From positions 139,376,001-139,440,000 of the forward strand of contig OX597816.1 of the NCBI GenBank assembly GCA_951406725.2: a stretch of 64,000 nt of DNA, read 5' to 3'. The translations under genes and the position numbers were made by a program. Origin of the DNA: Octopus vulgaris. Its lineage: Eukaryota. Under the pieces are notes generated by a model that was not told the origin of the DNA, ran no database searches, and saw only the letters and a program-made list of their open reading frames with translations. The first letter of the stretch is position 1, and every line of letters begins with the position of its first letter. Shown piece after piece: positions 56,221-64,000 of this stretch.

Positions 56221-57838
56221 TTTATTTTAAAAAAATGTAAAGACATCACAGAAACTGTTACTCAATGTTTCAAGTTCCGGTTCATCGGACAGTTTTGGTT
56301 TAAAATGGAACAAAATATGATTATATACATAAACATACAATTGCTATGATTGATACACATTTGAAAATGATTTTGTTTCATTGGTCCTTTCAACTAACGG
56401 TCTTTTCAATAACCGGTTACATGAAATTACAATTACGATTTCAAATCATATTGTAAAAATCGAAAACCTTAAATCAAAAATTAGCTTTAGTACAAGAGAA
56501 AAACCTATATACCCAGGGTAAATTAATTAATGGTAAAAATAATTAATTTAAAATGATATGTCCGTTTAAAATACAAACATTTACAAAGAACTAACATCAT
56601 AGAAATACATATACATTAAGTAATACATACACCTACCAAAAAACCTATATTTACATATATACACTAAACGTACAAACGTTGGTACATGCTTACATACATA
56701 TACAAGCAAATACAGGCAAAACATAAATATATGTGTGTGTTTCAAATATACAACCTACTTGTTACAAGCTAGAGAAAGAAAATGAAAAGAAAATCAGAGT
56801 ATAATAAGTGGTAGGAGAAAGAAAAAGAAGAAAAAAAGAAGCGGTGGAAGAAAGAAAAAAAGAAAGAGAAAGAGAAAATTAGAAAGAGAAAAATAGATAC
56901 ATAGAGAGAGAAGGTTAAACGATATGGAAGTTGGCGTTCTTAAAAAGTATCTAACAAATATTCGATACTTCGATTAGCTTGCAAATACGCACATATAATG
57001 AAGCACACATATAAAAAGACATGCATATCTACATAAATACATATGTGCAAAAGTAACACACATGTAAACCCGCATACAAACAAACACATATATATATATA
57101 TTCACATCGAGATACATATATACATCATAACGCATATACGCATACAAATATGCTTAAAAATTATCTGGTGTATAGAGTATTAAAATAAGAAAATTGTGCC
57201 ATAAATTAATATAATATAATTAAATGTAATTATAAATATGTAAATTTAAAAATATATATAAAAAATTGAAATAATAATTTTAAATTTAATTATGAAAGTG
57301 AGCAAAAATGAATAAAAATTAAACGTCGGCAAAATTTAAGTTTAAATCTGGAAAAACAGTCGAAGGCTTTCTTAAAAGTCGAATGTAAAATATGAAGGCG
57401 AAATATGTACCAACATACAAAAAGATGTCAATATTTTAAATATAAAAGCCAAATTTAAATGCGGAAGTCGAAAACAATTTTTCGAAAGTCAAGAATTTAT
57501 ACCCATACGGTATTTTTCTAGTTGATATTTCAAACCTCGTAGCGTGCCTGCAGGAATTTAAAAGTTCTCGTCTTTGGTTCAATGCGTGTTTATCCTGGAA
57601 CAGAATGAAGAATGTTTTTGAGAGGCAAAGATTGCATTTCATTGGTCTTCTATATGCCCCATGTTTATATGGTACTGCTTTTTCCAAAATTGTCCAGCTG
57701 ATATTGAAAGGACGGGTGTCATTTTCCTTCAATTGCCAGACATGTTTTGCAAGACATGTTGCTGTCCTACTTTCGGGAGTATCGAAAAGAATTTCGGAGG
57801 GAATAAAACCCAGTCCCCAGTCTTGAATGACTAGGAGG
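56221..57838 (-). mobile_element. 5'-truncated Penelope-like element (endonuclease C-terminus, long AT-rich 3' region, hammerhead-like motif)
   Basis: TCLAKHVWQLKE..FNISWTILEKAVPY..KCNLCLSK..LNQRRELLNSCRH (about 57535-57765) is typical of PLE endonuclease C-termini; bounded by (CA)n and (TA)n. Confidence 0.85.
56252..56295 (-). ncRNA. Degenerate type I hammerhead motif
   Basis: Minus strand aaactgt-CCGATGA-accggaactt-GAAA-C-attga-GTA-acagttt; perfect 7-bp stem I, but U4-to-C core change and poor stem II. Confidence 0.6.
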
Positions 57839-57842
57839 AATG

Positions 57843-57928
<86 letters not shown>

Positions 57929-58828
57929 GTTTTATTCGAATTCGTTGGTACTCTTGAATTTCAAGCGTGATGCTAGTCATCAGCTATTTTGAATTAGAAT
58001 GACAGAAGTTCATTGTTATTACCGTAAGGTGGGCTCCGATTGGTCGAGGAAGGTCACGCGTGTCGTGGCCTGATGCTGGAATATGGGTAACAGTTAGTTG
58101 GAAAATACTGTATGGCGAATATGAAACTTACCACGTGCAAGACAGGAAATATAGAATACGGGGTGATTAGAAATCGCTCCGGTTGTTGTTGGGGAGGAGT
58201 AGGGAGGAGTAGGCATGTGCAAGTATATAGTTCTCTATGTGGGTGTGCAGACGCGCTCATATAGTTTTGCGTGCATGTGCATCTGTACATAGGCGCGCAC
58301 GTCTTCATACACACCCACACACATACACACACAAACACACAAACACACACACACGCATTCAAACACTCACGGACATTCACTCGCATAAAGCTTTGGAGAA
58401 GCAGCACTCAATACAAACTTAGTGTGCAGTATTTTTTTTGACGCCAGTCCAGTGGTCTTTCACTCTAAAGTTTCCAGACAAACATTGGATTGGTTTAAAT
58501 AAAATACACACACATACACTCACATACGCACATTACTCGCATACACACAAACAACACACAGACGTATGCATATACATGCGTATATACATACTTTCATATG
58601 CATACATACAGTCATACATGCATACTCGCAATCTGCCTACATATATAAACAACACACGCAAAGAAACACATATCTAAAAATCTTAAATACATGCAAACGC
58701 ACCCACATTCACACTGACTCACACACACATATTCACACAGTTACACACACCACACACACACAACACATACTCACACTCTCACACACACACTCACACAGTT
58801 ACCCACAGTTACACACCACACAAACACA

Positions 58829-58861
<33 letters not shown>

Positions 58862-59424
58862 TATATACTCCACATACCAACAAACACTCCGCTTCCATCA
58901 TCAACACCAAACCATATATGTGGATATGCGGACAAGCAAGAAGAGAAGGTTACTATTGGACGTAAGTCCATTAGATAAGTAAGAATCAGTGGAGCAGACA
59001 AGAGAACACGCCATCTATAGACCAATTCTACCGGAATTTGTCTTGGAATTACTGAGAGATCACTGAAGAAGATTTCTTCCAACAATGCTTTTTGGAAATC
59101 CTACCTGACTTTTACTTGTCATATTCTATTTAGAATTTGGACGGGAAAAGAGTTACGACAAAGAAAAATGCCAACGATATGTCTACGAATATGTGTGTAC
59201 TATTGTGTGAGTTTGTGTGTGCGTGGATGCATATGTGATTGATTGGGCCTATGTATGTATGTGGGAGTGTGTGTGTATGTGTATGTATGTATGTATGTAT
59301 GCATGAGTATATGTATATACGCACACACACACACGCACGCGCGTACATATACACGCATATACCTTCAAAACTGAGTGCATCTCTATATTCAGAACTAAAT
59401 CTCTGTGACTCTGTAATGTGTGTA

Positions 59425-59457
<33 letters not shown>

Positions 59458-59890
59458 TGTATGTATGTATGTATGTATGTATGTATGTATGTATGTATGC
59501 ATGTATGTATTTATATATATTTTTATGTGCGTATGTATACATACTTGAATGTATGTATGTATGTATGTATGTATGTATGTATGTATGTATGTATGTATGT
59601 ATGTATGTATGTATGTATGTATGTATGCATGTATGTATGTATGTATGTATGTATGTATGTATGTATGTATGCATGTATGTATGTATGTGTGCGTGATTGA
59701 AGCTGAAATGCGTTTGAATGTGTTTATGGGCCTGTGCGTGTGTGTGTATACGTGTGTGTGTGTGTGTGTGCGGACGCGCGTTTGCCTATCTGTGTGTGTG
59801 TGTGTGTGTGTGCGTGTGTGTGTGTATGTGTGTGTGCAAGTGTGTGCAAGTGTGTGCACGTGTGTGCGCGTGTGTCTGTGTGTGAGTTTG
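59425..59890. repeat. (TATG)n and (GT)n-rich microsatellite block
   Basis: Directly visible. Confidence 0.96.
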
Positions 59891-60617
59891 TACAATCTAT
59901 GCGGTATATACATCTGCTTTCCACTTTCTACAATATATCTCTGGCAAATCGTGGCTAACCAAAACACAGTGTTTCAACGATATTCCTGCACAGAAGCTAC
60001 AGCCCTTCACACATTCATCATCCACACTCAACCTCGGCATGTTATATCAAACAGTAACTTCGAAGTCATGTCCCTATAATGACATAATAATAATCCTTTT
60101 TAACGAGGGTTACCGTCAACAAGGAGCATGCAGTAATTCATGTAGTACTTTTTTTTAAAGTTCTCAGCATATGTATAACTATATGTCTATGTGTGTGTGT
60201 TTGTATACACATATATCTGTATATATGTGTGTATATGTGTGTGTATGAGAGTGTGTATGACTATACATCTTTATCGATTCATCAACGTTTCTCTAAATAC
60301 TTCCTCTCCAATCTCATAACTTCCTCTCCAATCTTTTTATCTTTCTGTCAGCTTAAATATTTACACACACGCGCACACACACACACACACACACACACTC
60401 ACTCACAGACACGCACGCTCGCGCGCAAACACACACACGTAGCCATCTAGGTGTCATACATAATATACTGTATATACATTGTTGATAGGCCAGTTACCAC
60501 AGTATTTGCTCAGAGATAACATTCTAAAAACGTTCTGTGATAAAGATATGCCCATCCATATTCTTAATGCATATACAACTACCAATGGTGCACGTACATT
60601 AAGAAACATACATAGAT

Positions 60618-61068
<451 letters not shown>

Positions 61069-61731
61069 ATGGCTCTTTTACTTTAATACTGTCTCAGATA
61101 AGCATATATATATATTTCTTGCCTGCTGTTCACCGTCGAAGAGAGTTAAAGTTTCTTGCACTCACTGACGAAATCTTTGAATCTTTTACAGGTTTTGCTC
61201 ATAGGAATATTATTACATTTCGCTGTTCCTATAAATAAATATAACTCCGTAACATATCTAAAGCTATCTTAGTCACCACGAGCGGCATTTTTCATTCTCT
61301 TGTTATCTCGCATGCCGAGAATATATCCGAAAGACTATACGTGTCTCCAGATGCAGAAATTACTAAAGCCCTATTCTACCACTAACCGTACATAAAATGC
61401 AGGTGCTAATCATATTCGGCGTACCGTTCACATACCTAAGAAGGTTTTCACGGCTAGGTGCACAAACACAGTATACTTTATCCAAAACAAAGCCTTATGT
61501 GAGCGTCATTATTTCAAAACTGTACATACCTGTGTCTCTATATAAGCTTATATCTGTGCATGTCTGTGTGTATGTTTATGTGCGTGTGTCCGTATGTCTG
61601 TGCATATACATACATACATACATACATACATACATACATACATGCATACATATATAAACTAATACACATACTTGTTCCTATACCTGTCTTCGTCTTTTGT
61701 TTTCTGTTAATTTGAACTCTCTATATATGCG

Positions 61732-61763
<32 letters not shown>

Positions 61764-61925
61764 GATATTCATATATATATATAAAACAATATAGAGAGTT
61801 CAAATACAGGTATATAGAACAAGTATGTATATTAGTTTATATATATATACGCATGTATGTATGTATGTATGTATGTATGTATGTATGTATGTATGTATGT
61901 ATGTATGTACGTATGTATGTATGTG

Positions 61926-61971
<46 letters not shown>

Positions 61972-61975
<4 letters not shown>

Positions 61976-62172
61976 GAAATTTAGAGAAAAACAAAAGAAA
62001 GACGAAGACGGGTGTATGAACAACGAGCAGGTGTATTAATTTGACGCTCGGGAAAGTGAGAAAGTCTTTTACGTTTCGAGCGTAAGCTCTTCAACAGAAA
62101 GGAATAAGAGAAAATAAACAGAGAGAGAATAAAAAACAAAACTTGTGGATTTAGCGATCAAGCATGGCGACT
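61972..62172 (-). mobile_element. About 200-bp Penelope pLTR-like repeat with minimal hammerhead (copy 2)
   Basis: Minus strand cttt-CTGTTGA-a-gagc-ttac-gctc-GAAA-C-GTA-aaag at 62066-62101; same left boundary against a microsatellite as copy 1. Confidence 0.8.
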
Positions 62173-62554
62173 GATATATATCCACGTCATGACTAATATA
62201 TATTTATGGCATCCGTCAATATTATTTGAGTTTTGGTGGGTGTGGCCCAACCAACGGAGACATCATTGCTGCAATAGAATGAAGAGGCTGCGTATTTATG
62301 AGTTAGCGGGGACTACATTTTTTATAACTTGGTCAGTCAACTTGATGTCTAAGATCCTCCCCTGAATGCGTTGAAAGAAAGTATTGAGACGTTTCTCTTG
62401 TCTGGCGTAACAGTTCTTAGTCTTAATGCAATAAAGCAGTATTTTGGGAACAAAAACACAGTGAACTGTAACTTAGGTGGGTGCCGTTAATCTAGCTAAA
62501 GTTGAAGGCACTCATTCAATACGCCTGGAGAAATATGCATGTAGGTATATGTAT

Positions 62555-63077
<523 letters not shown>

Positions 63078-63573
63078 TATATATGTGCGTATATAAATAT
63101 TGGAAGTCAACTCGTGACCAAGTATAACCGCTTCCTAAACTCAGTAACTTCATGCAAATGTTACGAGAATCGAAGAAGTTCCTGCATGTGAGTTTGTTTT
63201 GCGTGGATAAAGTGTTGCACAGCACCAAACCCACTTTCCACCGCAATCAGCTATAAAACCAATGGCACAACAGTGGTTGAGACGACCAGTTACCAAGGTG
63301 TACTTGAGGTATATCAAACGAGGTTTATCATACGAGTTTACCTTCTCCGAAAAGGAAGTTCTAACGAGATTTGAAGGTCATTAAACTCCCTATGGTTCAC
63401 ATGCTAGTTTACCCATAAATGATCCTAATAGGTGCTACAGGTCCGGATGAGGCTAGGCCTGACAACAACAGTGGTTAAGAGGTGGTTCTTCACTCCTCAA
63501 AACCTTGGAACTCCCGTACAAGGGCTCCACCACTGAATGCAGTTCAATCACACACACACACACATTTATGTAC

Positions 63574-63604
<31 letters not shown>

Positions 63605-63626
63605 TGTATGTATGTATGTATGTATG

Positions 63627-63669
<43 letters not shown>

Positions 63670-63680
63670 ATATCTATATA

Positions 63681-63730
<50 letters not shown>

Positions 63731-63783
63731 TAAATACATATGCGTGTACTTGTGTGCGTGTGCGTATGTGTGTGTGTATGCGT

Positions 63784-64000
63784 GGAGGCACGTGGCTTAG
63801 TGGTTAGGGTATTTTACACTCATAATCGTATGATCGTGATTTTGATTCGTTCACTGGACGATGTGTTGTAGTCTTGAGCAAAAAGAATTCCATTTCACGT
63901 TGCTCCATTCCACCCGGCCACCAAAAATGAGTACTCCTGCAATAGACTGGCGTCCCAGCCTGGAAAGGAATATGTACGGCTCACAGAATCCGAGAAACTT
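63784..64000 (+). mobile_element. tRNA-derived SINE (family C/D head and body), degenerate, runs to window end
   Basis: ggaggcacgTGGCTTAGTGGttag A box; gtgttgtagtcttgagcaa and atttcacgttgctcca shared with 41531-41868; tagactggcgtccc segment. Confidence 0.8.

Noticed and set aside
63440-63470. ccggatgaggctaggcctgacaac degenerate hammerhead
   Set aside because: Both core boxes are mismatched and no stem I is evident.

Overview
Eukaryotic, AT-rich, repeat-dominated DNA with no convincing host exon. The SINE families and extreme microsatellite load look like an octopus/coleoid cephalopod genome (my inference, not database-checked). Nearly all ORFs in the supplied track are translations of microsatellites. 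Real coding signal comes only from decayed mobile elements: three Tc1/mariner transposons with TIRs and TA target duplications (5370-6678, 7134-8387, 24180-25348), a 5'-truncated CR1-group LINE (20481-21983), an L1/Tx1-like LINE remnant, and four Penelope-like element (PLE) remnants. Dozens of tRNA-derived SINE copies from about five families are also present. The most notable observation is a set of hammerhead-ribozyme motifs in short non-coding inserts sitting in microsatellites. The best is an apparently intact type I hammerhead (28725-28788) inside an ORF-less, 1.3-copy tandem unit of about 515 bp (retrozyme-like) nested in a SINE's internal TA tract. Other observations: a SINE that repeatedly lands at the same position inside its own family, a LINE 3' end sharing a covarying stem-loop tail with a SINE, several long inverted repeats, and a decayed Kringle-like coding segment.
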